From Bacteroidia bacterium (lineage in GTDB: Bacteria > Bacteroidota > Bacteroidia > NS11-12g > UBA955), in NCBI GenBank assembly GCA_023228875.1, contig JALOAG010000009.1, positions 22,362-86,361 on the forward strand: a DNA stretch of 64,000 nt, written 5' to 3'. Made by a program: the position numbers and the translations under genes. Of the stretch, positions 38,764-53,285 are shown in pieces. Positions within the stretch are counted from its first letter, which is position 1; every line of letters starts with the position of its first letter. The notes beneath the pieces were generated by a model. The model saw nothing but the letters and a program-made list of their open reading frames with translations, was not told where the DNA came from and searched no databases.

Positions 38764-40935
38764 TTATTTTATGGTACTAAGTTCGTTAACGTCTTTCTTC
38801 AAATCAGTTCCAAGTCTTTGTAAATACGCAATAAGAGCGATAATCTCTTTATCTTTACTGATTTCGATTTTATCTTTTTTCAATGAAGATTGAATTTTCT
38901 CTGCTTGCTTATCCATTTCGTCATTAGCATTGTTTTCATATCCATCGGGATAAGGAACACCAAGTCGTTTCATGGCTTTAATCATGCTAAAAGTTTTGCT
39001 TTTATCAACCTTATCTTTGAACAGCCAAGGATAAGGAGGCATAATAGAACCGAATGTTGTAGAGGTAGGTTCTAACATGTGATTAAAATGCCAACTGTCA
39101 GGGTATTTACCGCCCAATCGTTGCAAATCCGGTCCTGTGCGCTTAGAACCCCATTGATAAGGGTGGTCATATACAAACTCTCCTGCTTTTGAATATTCAC
39201 CATAACGAGCTTCTTCGTCTCTAAATGGTCTTATCATTTGTGAGTGACAAGTATAACAACCTTCGCGGATATAGATACTCCTGCCATAAAGTTCTAAAGC
39301 TGAATAGGGTTGCACACTGCTGATTGTAGGCACATTCGATTTTACCAAGAAGGTTGGAACCATCTCTACCAATCCTCCGATTCCTACGGCAATAAGTGAT
39401 AAAATGACCATCTGAACTGGTCTTTTCTCTACCCATGAATGCCAGTGTTCTTTTACATTAGACTTTATTTCAAATTTTGGCAAAGCTGCTGCTTGTGCCA
39501 TTTCATTTTCAATCAGTTTACCTGATTTAATTGTTTTAAATAAGTTGTAAATCAGCATGAATACGCCAACCAAATAGAATGTACCTCCTAATGCCCTTAA
39601 TCCATACATAGGCAAAATGGTATTTACAGTTTCCATAAACTGATACTTTAATACACCTTCAGGGGTAAACTGTTTCCACATTAGACTCTGGGTAAATGCA
39701 GCCCAGTATAAAGGTATTACATAGAAAATAATACCAACAATACCTATCCAAAAGTGTTGATTTGCTAATTTATTAGAATACAATTTTGTACCAAACAAAC
39801 GCGGAATCATCCAATAGAGCATTCCGAATGCAAGAAAGCCATTCCAACCCAATGCACCCACGTGAACGTGAGCTATAGTCCAGTCAGTGTAGTGGCTGAT
39901 AGCATTAACACTTTTGAGAGAAAGCATTGGACCTTCAAAAGTTGCCATACCATAACAAGTCAATGCTACCACAAAGAATTTAAGGATTGCATCCTCTCGC
40001 ACTCTGTCCCAAGCTCCACGCAATGTCAACAACCCGTTTAACATACCACCCCAAGAAGGAGCAATCAACATGATTGAGAAAACAGTTCCCAGTCCTTGTG
40101 CCCATTCAGGAAGTGCAGTATAAAGCAAGTGGTGAGGTCCTGCCCAGATATAAATGAAAATTAAAGCCCAAAAATGGATGATAGACCAACGATAGGAATA
40201 TACTGGACGGTTGGCTGCTTTAGGAATAAAGTAGTACATTAAACCTAAGAAAGGAGTTGTCAAAAAGAAGGCAACAGCATTGTGCCCATACCACCATTGA
40301 ACCAAGGCATCTTGCACACCGGCATACCAGCTCACACTACCGAAAAGTGAATATGGCATTGCCATAGAGTTTACAATATGCAACATAGCCACAGCTACCC
40401 ATGTTCCAATATAGAACCATATAGCTACATATAAATGTTTTTCTCTACGCTTGATGATTGTACCCATCATGTTGATGCCGAATACAACCCATAGCAATGT
40501 AATAGCAATATCAAGAGGCCATTCTAATTCTGCATATTCTTTTGCTTGCGTAAAACCTAACCATAAAGTTAATGCTCCGGCAAGAATCAGAAATTGCCAG
40601 CCCCAGAAATGAATTTTGCTCAATACATCAGAAAACATTCTGGCTTTTGTTAGTCTTTGTAAAGAGTAATATACACCGGCAAAAATAGCATTACCAACAA
40701 ATGCAAAAATTACAGCATTTGTATGTACTGGACGCATACGTCCAAATGTTGTTGCTGCAAAGCCAAGATTTACTTCAGGATAGTAAAGGGACAATGCAGC
40801 CCATAGACCGGCTAACATCCCGATAACTCCCCAAAAAACAGTGGCATACGCAAAGTTTCTTACAGTTTTGTTGTCGTAGTAAAATGTCTCAAGCCCCGAC
40901 TGTGTCGAGACATTTGTGTGTTTTTGTTCTTCCAT
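38764..40935 (-). CDS. ccoN: cbb3-type cytochrome c oxidase subunits I and II fused (CcoNO)
   Basis: A 723-aa product with a heme-copper oxidase 12-TM core at the N-terminus and a C-terminal monoheme CcoO part carrying CYTCH. Confidence 0.9.
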   Translation of the reverse strand: MEEQKHTNVSTQSGLETFYYDNKTVRNFAYATVFWGVIGMLAGLWAALSLYYPEVNLGFAATTFGRMRPVHTNAVIFAFVGNAIFAGVYYSLQRLTKARMFSDVLSKIHFWGWQFLILAGALTLWLGFTQAKEYAELEWPLDIAITLLWVVFGINMMGTIIKRREKHLYVAIWFYIGTWVAVAMLHIVNSMAMPYSLFGSVSWYAGVQDALVQWWYGHNAVAFFLTTPFLGLMYYFIPKAANRPVYSYRWSIIHFWALIFIYIWAGPHHLLYTALPEWAQGLGTVFSIMLIAPSWGGMLNGLLTLRGAWDRVREDAILKFFVVALTCYGMATFEGPMLSLKSVNAISHYTDWTIAHVHVGALGWNGFLAFGMLYWMIPRLFGTKLYSNKLANQHFWIGIVGIIFYVIPLYWAAFTQSLMWKQFTPEGVLKYQFMETVNTILPMYGLRALGGTFYLVGVFMLIYNLFKTIKSGKLIENEMAQAAALPKFEIKSNVKEHWHSWVEKRPVQMVILSLIAVGIGGLVEMVPTFLVKSNVPTISSVQPYSALELYGRSIYIREGCYTCHSQMIRPFRDEEARYGEYSKAGEFVYDHPYQWGSKRTGPDLQRLGGKYPDSWHFNHMLEPTSTTFGSIMPPYPWLFKDKVDKSKTFSMIKAMKRLGVPYPDGYENNANDEMDKQAEKIQSSLKKDKIEISKDKEIIALIAYLQRLGTDLKKDVNELSTIK

Positions 40936-41127
40936 TTAATGATTGGTTTTTGTTTGATTGTGTTGATAGTCTTCGTCTTGTTGTTTGATTTGAGGTTCAA
41001 AGAGAATTTTGTGTGCAGGGGAATAATCATCTTCGAACTGACCGCTTTTGACTGACCAAATAAATGCAATCAGAAATAATATGCCCACGAATAAGCTCAC
41101 CCCTAACAATATGACCATTACTCCCAT
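40936..41127 (-). CDS. ccoS: cbb3 oxidase maturation protein CcoS
   Basis: A 63-aa single-TM protein with an acidic tail, immediately upstream of ccoNO. Confidence 0.6.
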   Translation of the reverse strand: MGVMVILLGVSLFVGILFLIAFIWSVKSGQFEDDYSPAHKILFEPQIKQQDEDYQHNQTKTNH

Positions 41128-41292
41128 AGATTATTTCTTTTTTGAATCCACATTAATCAAGGCTACAAAAATATAATATAAAAGACTGTAAATTAACACC
41201 TAAAACATGATTTTTGTCATGTATAGAAATAGGTTATAATCTGCGCTAACTGCTTGTGTTTATTAGCAGTTCGTAGAAAACAGTGTGGTTTA

Positions 41293-43684
<2,392 letters not shown>

Positions 43685-43817
43685 TTAAGCTGCAAAAGTA
43701 GGTCAAGTGTGCATTTTGTTTTGCACTTTTTTTCGACTTTTTTAGACTGTTTTCTGTGGTTTTTAGAGTTTATAGTGTTAAGACAAGTTAAGTTAAATCA
43801 TGTAATAAAAGTCATTT

Positions 43818-43855
43818 TGGCACAACCTCTGCCTGTTTGTGTCAGATTTGCTGAC
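43818..43855 (+). promoter_or_regulatory. Sigma-54-like -24/-12 element (TGGCAC-N5-CTGC) with adjacent GTCAG-N5-CTGAC inverted repeat upstream of groES
   Basis: GG and GC fall at the canonical 10-nt spacing, about 75-100 bp upstream of the groES ATG. A second TTGGCACA copy at 43866 lacks the GC. Confidence 0.25.
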
Positions 43856-43920
43856 AAACCCTTATTTGGCACACCTTTCGTTCTCTCGCAAACCAGAACA
43901 AAAATTAATTAATAATAGTT

Positions 43921-44196
43921 ATGGCAGTAAATATTAAACCACTTGCAGACAGAGTTCTAGTTGAACCTGCAGCTGCAGAAGAAAAAACATCCAGCGGAAT
44001 TTATATCCCTGACACAGCAAAGGAAAAGCCACAACGCGGTGTTGTTGTAGCAGTAGGAAGCGGGAAAAAAGATGAACCGTTAACTGTAAAATCCGGTGAT
44101 GTTGTGTTGTATGGAAAATATTCAGGCACAGAAATTTCACTCGAAGGCAAGGATTATCTTATTATGAGAGAGTCAGACATTCTTGCTATTATATAA
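43921..44196 (+). CDS. groES: Co-chaperonin GroES
   Basis: A 91-aa product with [10 protein letters not shown] and a mobile loop. Confidence 0.95.
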   Translation: MAVNIKPLADRVLVEPAAAEEKTSSGIYIPDTAKEKPQRGVVVAVGSGKKDEPLTVKSGDVVLYGKYSGTEISLEGKDYLIMRESDILAII

Positions 44197-44208
44197 TCAA
44201 ACATTTAA

Positions 44209-45870
<1,662 letters not shown>

Positions 45871-45892
45871 GCGGAAAAAATTTTCACAAAGA

Positions 45893-45921
45893 AGGGCTGT
45901 CAATTTTGACAGCCTTTTTTG
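45893..45921 (+). terminator. Intrinsic terminator after groEL (between convergent groEL and ppk)
   Basis: GGCTGTCAA-ttt-TGACAGCC hairpin followed by TTTTTTG. Confidence 0.7.
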
Positions 45922-46025
45922 TTATTGATAATCCTTATGTACAAGCATGAAACAACGCACATTAATTAGGATTTGAAGTTTGAGTATATAATGGAGTGTA
46001 AAATCAATGACTACGGCAAAAGCAG

Positions 46026-48098
46026 CTATCTTTTCTCTTGTTCATTCTTAACAATCACACGGTAAATTTGTCTTTGTGAACGTATTTTAGGTTCTGAAGG
46101 AAGTCTATATTCATTAGTGTTCTGTGAATCTATGATTCTAGCCTTCACATTGTCTTTCCATTGTATGTCAAAGAATCGCGCAAGTTCTACTTTGATTTCT
46201 GAGTCATAAACAGGTGTAATCACTTCAATCCTGTTATCTAAATTTCTTTGCATCAAATCTGCACTACCAAAATAATACTCAAGTTGGTTATTTGCACAGA
46301 AAATAAATAAGCGCGAATGTTCCAAAAATCTGTCCACTATACTAATTACTTTTATATTATCACTTAAGCCTTTAACACCCGGAATAAGACAACAGATTCC
46401 TCTGACTATCATATCTATCTGAACTCCGTGCTGAGATGCTTCATAAAATTTCTCAATCAAAACAGGGTCTGTCAGGTTGTTTAATTTGATTTTAACCCAA
46501 GCCGGCTTTCCTGTTTTTTTGTTTTCTATCTCTTGTTGAATTTTTGCAATAATGGAAGAGCGTGTATTATACGGAGAAACAAGTAAATGTTGGAACTTAG
46601 GTTTGTATTCTTCAAAATGATCAATTGCCTGAAAAACCATGTCTAATTCAGCGGTAATCCTTTTGTCGGCAGTTAACAACGAGTGGTCAACATAGTATTT
46701 TGCGGTTACGGCATTATAGTTACCGGTTCCAATGTGTGCATATTGCCTGATTTGATTTCCTTCATTTCTGGATACCAAGCAGATTTTTGCATGTACTTTG
46801 AGTTTTTCATATCCATAAAACACATTCGCTCCTGCTTCTACCAATTTTTTGCTCCAATAGATATTTGATTCTTCATCAAAACGTGCCTTTAATTCCATCA
46901 TCACAAACACATTTTTGCCGTTATTGGCTGCATTAATAAGGGCGTTAACTATGTTTGAATATGAAGCAACTCGGTAGAGCGCAATTTTGATGCTGGTAAC
47001 ATTGGGATCAAGCGCAGATTCTCTGAGGAAACGTATGACATAGTCGAAAGATTGATAAGGATGGGTGAGCAAATAGTCTTTGCGCGTTAATTTGTCAAAA
47101 AGATTACCGGCAGTCTCAAAGTCATGTACTGCAATCTGTTCAAACGGTTTGTATTGTAATTTTTCCAATCCTTTTGAAACCGGAAATTTCATTAAATCTT
47201 TAAAGTTATGATAGCGCTGCCCCGCCAACGTGCTTTCTTTACTCAACCCAAGTTTTTTAAGAAAAAATTTGAGCATGTCTTTTGGCATTTCTTTGTCATA
47301 TACAAAACGGACCAGTTCCCCTTTGGTTCTAAGTTTTAAAGCTTTTTTTATTTTAACATACATATTCTCGGACAAATCCATTTCAATGTCCAATTCGGCA
47401 TCTCTGGTGATTTTGATTGTGTAGGCATCATAAGTGTCATAATCAAAAATACTAAACAAGGTGCGTAGATTGGCTCTGATGACATCATCTAAAAAAAGTA
47501 TATAACGATTGCCTTCGTGTGCGGGCAATAAAAAGAATCGCTCTTTTGCACGAGTAGGAATTTCAACAATGGCATAACGTGTTTCATTGCCTCTTCTCTT
47601 ATACATTCGTACTGCAAGATATATGGCAGAATCCTTCAGTAGCGGAATTTCTTTGTCGTCTTGGAGTAACGCAGGAAAAAGGTGAGATAGCACTTCATCT
47701 TTGAAATATCGCATTACTTCTTGCGCTTGCAAAGGGTTTAGCCTCTTTTCATCAATCCAGTAAATATGCTGTTGTTTGAGTTCTTCAATTAAGTCAAAGA
47801 AAATGTTGTCATATTGCTTTTGCAAATTCACTACTTCGTGTTGGATAAGCGATAAGGTCTTTTTGATATCTTCTTTGTATATGTCGCTGTCAAATTCACC
47901 TTTTTTTACCAATAACATCCTTCGGTTGGTTGCCACCCGCACCCTGAAGAACTCATCTTGGTTGTTAGAAAAAATCCCTAAGAATCTTAATCGTTCTAAC
48001 AACGGGACTCGCGGATCGGCTGCTTCTTGCAATACTCTGGCATTAAAAGAGAGCCAACTGAGTTCCCTATTAATTAACCTCTTTTCTTTTTTTTGCAT
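46026..48098 (-). CDS. ppk: Polyphosphate kinase 1
   Basis: A 690-aa product with the NRELSWLSFN start and two PLD-like C-domains. Confidence 0.9.
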   Translation of the reverse strand: MQKKEKRLINRELSWLSFNARVLQEAADPRVPLLERLRFLGIFSNNQDEFFRVRVATNRRMLLVKKGEFDSDIYKEDIKKTLSLIQHEVVNLQKQYDNIFFDLIEELKQQHIYWIDEKRLNPLQAQEVMRYFKDEVLSHLFPALLQDDKEIPLLKDSAIYLAVRMYKRRGNETRYAIVEIPTRAKERFFLLPAHEGNRYILFLDDVIRANLRTLFSIFDYDTYDAYTIKITRDAELDIEMDLSENMYVKIKKALKLRTKGELVRFVYDKEMPKDMLKFFLKKLGLSKESTLAGQRYHNFKDLMKFPVSKGLEKLQYKPFEQIAVHDFETAGNLFDKLTRKDYLLTHPYQSFDYVIRFLRESALDPNVTSIKIALYRVASYSNIVNALINAANNGKNVFVMMELKARFDEESNIYWSKKLVEAGANVFYGYEKLKVHAKICLVSRNEGNQIRQYAHIGTGNYNAVTAKYYVDHSLLTADKRITAELDMVFQAIDHFEEYKPKFQHLLVSPYNTRSSIIAKIQQEIENKKTGKPAWVKIKLNNLTDPVLIEKFYEASQHGVQIDMIVRGICCLIPGVKGLSDNIKVISIVDRFLEHSRLFIFCANNQLEYYFGSADLMQRNLDNRIEVITPVYDSEIKVELARFFDIQWKDNVKARIIDSQNTNEYRLPSEPKIRSQRQIYRVIVKNEQEKR

Positions 48099-49128
48099 AG
48101 ACTAAGGTAAAAGAGATTGGAAAGTGATTGCTAAAACCACCAATCCATTTGTCATTGTGAAAATTTTCAAAAGGGTGACCGGTCTTTATCCTTTCCGGAT
48201 GTAGCATCCACGCGGGATTATAGATTTTGTATGAACCTTTAAGATACTGCCAGCCTGCATGATTGCTATAAAGTTGCTTACACAAAAGAACTTGGTCAAA
48301 ATGGAATGGAACCCTGTCTTTAAAATAAGTTCCGGTAGCACTATCACAGAACAGGGCTAAAGGAACTAATTTTTGGTATTTGTAAATAGCAGAATCAGGG
48401 TGAGCAGTATTCAAAAGTACGGAAAACATAGGTGCTGTCGGTTCCATGCTCAAGGTTCCCATGATAATAGTGCGTTGTCCATCTTTCAAATGATGAGAAG
48501 TCAAATAATTAGATACTTGATTTATCGCGTTCATTCGAAGCGAAAAATACGCATCTTGAGTTGATTCAAAAGGATTTGGAAAATCGCATAACACAATGTC
48601 AAACACTTCATTTTTTACCATAACCTTAGCGTGTATTGCTCCGACAATGGATTTCTCCCATGGTTTCTTTGTACCGGTTACAGAAAACGAACTATCCCAC
48701 AAATACTTTACTTTCTTGGGTTTATATAAAATTGCCATACCTAACCCATCGCGTTTTTCACCTTTTGAAAACACAAATTGGTATTTCATTTTATACAACA
48801 AAGGGGTAGCAATAAGGTCTTTCAACACATTTTCATTTTCTACACCGGCAAGTCCAATAAAATCTGCGCCTAAGCTGTCATGTAAGGAATAAATAGCTAT
48901 GGCAGCATGTTGAAGTTTTGAATTGTATTTTTCAGTGTTCCACTCATACTTTCCTAAGGGTGTGTAATTTGAATCAGCAAGATTAGCATTGGCAATAGTG
49001 TCATACAAGTTGTTTAGATTATAATAAGAAACCTTGAACGTATTTTTAGCTTTAATTTTTTGTGCAAAGGATTTCTCGTTTAGGGCTAATAGTAACAATA
49101 TTGCGAAACAAATATGACGAAAATACAT
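48070..49128 (-). CDS. Secreted endonuclease/exonuclease/phosphatase (EEP) family protein
   Basis: Signal peptide, an N-terminal YYNLNNL, a GLAGVENE motif (where EEP proteins have QE) and a C-terminal SNHFPI motif (where they have SDHxP). Its stop overlaps the ppk start by 29 bp. Confidence 0.55.
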   Translation of the reverse strand: MYFRHICFAILLLLALNEKSFAQKIKAKNTFKVSYYNLNNLYDTIANANLADSNYTPLGKYEWNTEKYNSKLQHAAIAIYSLHDSLGADFIGLAGVENENVLKDLIATPLLYKMKYQFVFSKGEKRDGLGMAILYKPKKVKYLWDSSFSVTGTKKPWEKSIVGAIHAKVMVKNEVFDIVLCDFPNPFESTQDAYFSLRMNAINQVSNYLTSHHLKDGQRTIIMGTLSMEPTAPMFSVLLNTAHPDSAIYKYQKLVPLALFCDSATGTYFKDRVPFHFDQVLLCKQLYSNHAGWQYLKGSYKIYNPAWMLHPERIKTGHPFENFHNDKWIGGFSNHFPISFTLVYAKKRKEVN

Positions 49129-49225
49129 GTGAGCAAAAGTAAAAAACCTTTTGGTATCAAAGCGAAATTATAAAGAGTCAATTTTATTCTTAAATAGTTT
49201 GCAAATCGCATAATAAAACAGACTT

Positions 49226-50695
49226 TTGTCAGCAATGTCAACGAACAGACATTTTCTAAGAGATTCCATTGTTTTTCAAGGGCTGAACTGGATGGTAAAG
49301 CCATTATGGATATTTCTGATTGACAGGGAAGTACAAAACTTTTTGGGGTTAGAAGTGTATGGAAAATACTTAATTCACTTCAATTTTACTTTTCTATTCA
49401 TTGTTCTATTGGATATCGGTATGCATAATTACCAAACCCGACAAGTAGCAGAAAATCGAGGGTTCTTGGAGACAGGCACACCCGGCTTGCTTTGGATAAA
49501 ATTATTGCTAAGTATTTTCTATCTTTTATTTGTTTGGCAAGCAGGATTATTCAATGGGTTGGGTTCATTCTGGCTATTGGCGATAGGTATCAATCAGGTG
49601 CTAAATTCATGGATATTGTTTTTCAGGTCAACATTGGCAGGTCTGCATCTGTTTAGAATAGAAGCGGTAATTTCGGTTTTGGACAGAACTTTGGCAGGTA
49701 TTGGCTGTGGTTTGTTTTTGTTTGTTCCAAATCTGCAACCATATTTTGGTCTTAAAGAATTTGTGCTTTTCCAAACTGTCGCACTCACAATCGGATTGTT
49801 AATTGTTGTAGGAATATGCATACGCAAAAAAGCCTTGTTGAGCATTGCGTTACCAGACTTTTCAAAGTTTAAAGCGTTGTTTATTGCAAACCTTCCTTTT
49901 GCTATCTTAACCATGATAATGAATTTTTACACCCGTTTGGATGTTATTTTTATCAGTCATTTGAGACCGGAAACTGCCAATTTTGAAGCAGGTATTTATG
50001 CTCACAGTTTTAGATTCTTGGATGCAGCAGGTATGTATGCAATGTTGTTTACAGGTATGCTATTGCCGATTTTTTCACGTCAATTGGCTCAAAAAGAAGA
50101 TTTCAGGTCTATCTTAAAATTAGTACTCAAATTTGTGATTATTCCGGGACTTTGGTTGGTGGTAATGGCATTGCAAAAAGGAGCAGAGATAATGGACTTG
50201 CTATATACAACCGATAATATTGAAGAAACCATGTATTCTGCCGCAGTCTTTACATGGCTGATGGCATCGTATTTACCTATGTCAGTTTCATTGGTGTTAG
50301 GCTCGTTGCTCACTGCTAGCAATTATATTAAGTCTTTAATATTTGCCACTAGCGCAGCATTGCTTATTTTAACGGTTGGGTGTTTTGTAATGGTTCCGAC
50401 ACAAGGAGCTTTGGGAGCTGCTAAAGCTGTATTTATTACGCAAATGTCAGTGATGTTGTTTTCTGTATTGTTGACAAAGAAATATTTTCCGAAACCCGAT
50501 ACAACCAATATAGTGTTGATGTTCAAACTTGTTTTCATTGGAGTTTTAATTTGGTTGTCTGCATGGGCTTTAGATGAATTCCTAAAGGTGAGTTTGATAT
50601 GGTTCAGCATTGTAACTTTATTGATTACATGTTTGCTGACCTTGGCGTTTAAACTCTTTAATCTATCACAATTAAAAACCCTGAGAAGAGGTTAA
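49226..50695 (+). CDS. Polysaccharide biosynthesis flippase (Wzx/MOP superfamily)
   Basis: A 489-aa polytopic protein of the PST/MATE-like family. Confidence 0.7.
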   Translation: MSAMSTNRHFLRDSIVFQGLNWMVKPLWIFLIDREVQNFLGLEVYGKYLIHFNFTFLFIVLLDIGMHNYQTRQVAENRGFLETGTPGLLWIKLLLSIFYLLFVWQAGLFNGLGSFWLLAIGINQVLNSWILFFRSTLAGLHLFRIEAVISVLDRTLAGIGCGLFLFVPNLQPYFGLKEFVLFQTVALTIGLLIVVGICIRKKALLSIALPDFSKFKALFIANLPFAILTMIMNFYTRLDVIFISHLRPETANFEAGIYAHSFRFLDAAGMYAMLFTGMLLPIFSRQLAQKEDFRSILKLVLKFVIIPGLWLVVMALQKGAEIMDLLYTTDNIEETMYSAAVFTWLMASYLPMSVSLVLGSLLTASNYIKSLIFATSAALLILTVGCFVMVPTQGALGAAKAVFITQMSVMLFSVLLTKKYFPKPDTTNIVLMFKLVFIGVLIWLSAWALDEFLKVSLIWFSIVTLLITCLLTLAFKLFNLSQLKTLRRG

Positions 50696-50729
50696 ATATA
50701 TAAATTATTTTCGCATACTATTTTCAAAA

Positions 50730-51797
50730 ATGAATATGACAAATAAAGAATCCAACATGTTGAGTTTTAGTGAAATCGTTGATTTTATTTGGCGATGGAA
50801 GAAGCCATTAATTATTATTTCAATCATCACCATCATTCTTGCTTCAGTATTTTCCGGTCCAAATTTTATTAAACCCAAGTATAAATCTACGGTTGTGTTT
50901 TACCCCGCAACAACCAATTCTATTTCCAAATCTTTGTTACCCGAAAGAGGTGAACGTGCACAAGATGCTCTTGAATTTGGTGCAGAGGAAGAAGCAGAAA
51001 AGGCACTGCAAATACTTCAATCAAGCAAACTTCGCGACAGACTTATCAAGCAGTTTGATTTGATGAGACATTATAAAATTGACCCTAAGAAAGACAAATA
51101 TCCTTATACAAAACTTGAAAAGGAATTAGACGCAAATATTCAGGTGAGCCGTACTCGTTACCTTTCAATCCGCATAGATGTTCTTGATGAAAATCCACAA
51201 ATGGCTGCGGATATTGCAACAGGAATGGCGAATTTGTATGACACCATTCGTTCAGAAATCAACTTGGAACGTGCGATACCGGCATTGCAAATTATTGAAA
51301 ATGCTTATAAAGAGAAACAAGCCATGATTGATGATTTGCACAAGCAAATGCAAGAACTAGGTCATCAGGGAGTTGTGAACTATGAAGAACAATCTAAATC
51401 CATTCAGGAAGCATTGATTATTGCCGGAGGTGGTGCCCTCAAAGGAGATAATAAAATGAAAACCGGTCAAAAAGTAGTCGATGATTTATTGGAAAGACAA
51501 TCGAAACTTGTTGAATTTGGTGGTATGTATCTTTCCATTGTAGAAAAAATTAAGTTGGAAGAAGAGAAACTGAGCGATATCAAAGCAAAATTGGATAGAG
51601 CCAAGGTGGATGTTGAAGAAACCATGACCAACCAATTTAGGGTGAGTGATGCTACACCTGCTGAGAAAAAATCTTATCCTGTTAGATGGTTGATCGTTTT
51701 AGTGAGTTTATTTGTCGCAGTATCTACCTCTGTTATGGTGTTTGCTATTATAGAAAAGTCAAAGACCAACAAGACTGTACAAACACAAGAATCTTAA
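50730..51797 (+). CDS. Polysaccharide chain-length determinant protein (Wzz/PCP-like)
   Basis: N- and C-terminal TM helices flank a coiled-coil periplasmic domain, the Wzz topology. Confidence 0.6.
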   Translation: MNMTNKESNMLSFSEIVDFIWRWKKPLIIISIITIILASVFSGPNFIKPKYKSTVVFYPATTNSISKSLLPERGERAQDALEFGAEEEAEKALQILQSSKLRDRLIKQFDLMRHYKIDPKKDKYPYTKLEKELDANIQVSRTRYLSIRIDVLDENPQMAADIATGMANLYDTIRSEINLERAIPALQIIENAYKEKQAMIDDLHKQMQELGHQGVVNYEEQSKSIQEALIIAGGGALKGDNKMKTGQKVVDDLLERQSKLVEFGGMYLSIVEKIKLEEEKLSDIKAKLDRAKVDVEETMTNQFRVSDATPAEKKSYPVRWLIVLVSLFVAVSTSVMVFAIIEKSKTNKTVQTQES

Positions 51798-53285
51798 TTG
51801 TCTGCCCTTTTGGAAAAACTCAGTTCACATATTAACCCCATAGTATTTGTGGTAATTGGGTCTTTGATAGGACTCATTCCTGTGCTGGGATTTATGTTGG
51901 GGATTCCTGAGATATCCGTTTTTCCTCTCTTATTAATAGCAGCATGGATGGCATTTACATATCCGCTTGGGTTTACCATCCTCATAGCCGGATTAGTGCC
52001 GCTTTCCATACAAATTAATGACATCGGTGGTGGTTTGGGTTTGTCTTTGCCTACTGAACCGATGATGATTTTTTTCTTTGTATTGCTTATTTTTAGATTT
52101 ATTATCAGAGGAAATATTAATACTACATTTATAAAACACCCCATTGTTTTATTTGCAGTTCTTTATTTAACATGGTACTTTATCACTACGCTCACAAGCT
52201 CCATGCTCTTTGTATCGGTTAAATCATTTGTTGCGAAATTTTGGTTTATCGCTATTTTCTTCTTTTTCCTTGCACCAAATCTTAGGACACCTAAGGTAAT
52301 GAAACAAATCCTTTATGCCATGATTGCCGGAGGGACTGTTATGGTGCTTTACACCTTGATTCGCCATGCCGGAGAAGGCTTTGTGAGAATTCATTCCTAT
52401 ACAATCATGCGCCCTTTCTTCAGCGACCATGGGAGCTATGCAGCATTCTTAGCTTTGTTTGTCCCTATCTTGTTTGCTTTTGCTTTTTATGGAAAAAGAT
52501 TGTCTATAGCCTTATTATGGAGGGTAGTATTGGGAGTATTGTGTGTTATCTTTTTGTTTGGAATTTTGTTTTCGTTTACAAGAGCAACATGGATTAGCAT
52601 AGTTGCAATGATGGGCTTTGCTGCATTGGTTTACTACAAAATTACCTTTAAACAATTGATGGTAGGAGTGATTTTGGTAATTAGCATAATTGTATGGAAG
52701 CAAGAGTCAATTTTATATGAGTTGTCTCGAAACAAGCAGGATTCTGCCGAGAACATAGAGGACAACATGAAATCGGTGTCCAATATATCAACAGACCCTT
52801 CCAATATGGAGCGAATTAATCGTTGGAAATGTGCGGTGGCAATGGTAAAAGATAAGCCTATTTTCGGTTTTGGACCTTATACTTATACTTTTCAATATGC
52901 TCCCTATCAAAGACCTGAGGATATGACACGTATCAGCACCAATGCCGGTACGCTCGGCAATGCACACAGTGAATATTTTATGGCACTATCAGAGATGGGA
53001 TATTTGGGTTTTATTTTAGTCTTAGGGCTGTTTTTGTCTTCATTGTATGTAGGAATGAAGATTTATAGATATGCAACACAAAGCTGGGTTAAGACCTTGG
53101 CCATGGCAATCACTTTAGGGCTGTTTACTTATTACATTCACGGGTTGATTAACAACTATTCTGAATACGATAAGATTAGTGTTCCCCTGTGGAGTTTTCT
53201 TGCAATTTTAACTGCGTTGGATTTATTCCATGCCCAATACGTAAAGAATCCCGAAAACCAAACTTATGTCGAGTCCGGCAAATAA
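51798..53285 (+). CDS. O-antigen ligase/polymerase family protein (Wzy-like)
   Basis: A ~12-TM protein with a large loop carrying an O-antigen ligase domain. The TTG start abuts the upstream stop. Confidence 0.6.
   Translation: MSALLEKLSSHINPIVFVVIGSLIGLIPVLGFMLGIPEISVFPLLLIAAWMAFTYPLGFTILIAGLVPLSIQINDIGGGLGLSLPTEPMMIFFFVLLIFRFIIRGNINTTFIKHPIVLFAVLYLTWYFITTLTSSMLFVSVKSFVAKFWFIAIFFFFLAPNLRTPKVMKQILYAMIAGGTVMVLYTLIRHAGEGFVRIHSYTIMRPFFSDHGSYAAFLALFVPILFAFAFYGKRLSIALLWRVVLGVLCVIFLFGILFSFTRATWISIVAMMGFAALVYYKITFKQLMVGVILVISIIVWKQESILYELSRNKQDSAENIEDNMKSVSNISTDPSNMERINRWKCAVAMVKDKPIFGFGPYTYTFQYAPYQRPEDMTRISTNAGTLGNAHSEYFMALSEMGYLGFILVLGLFLSSLYVGMKIYRYATQSWVKTLAMAITLGLFTYYIHGLINNYSEYDKISVPLWSFLAILTALDLFHAQYVKNPENQTYVESGK

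Noticed and set aside
43685-43920. CIRCE/HrcA operator upstream of groES
   Set aside because: No TTAGCACTC-N9-GAGTGCTAA-like inverted repeat is present.
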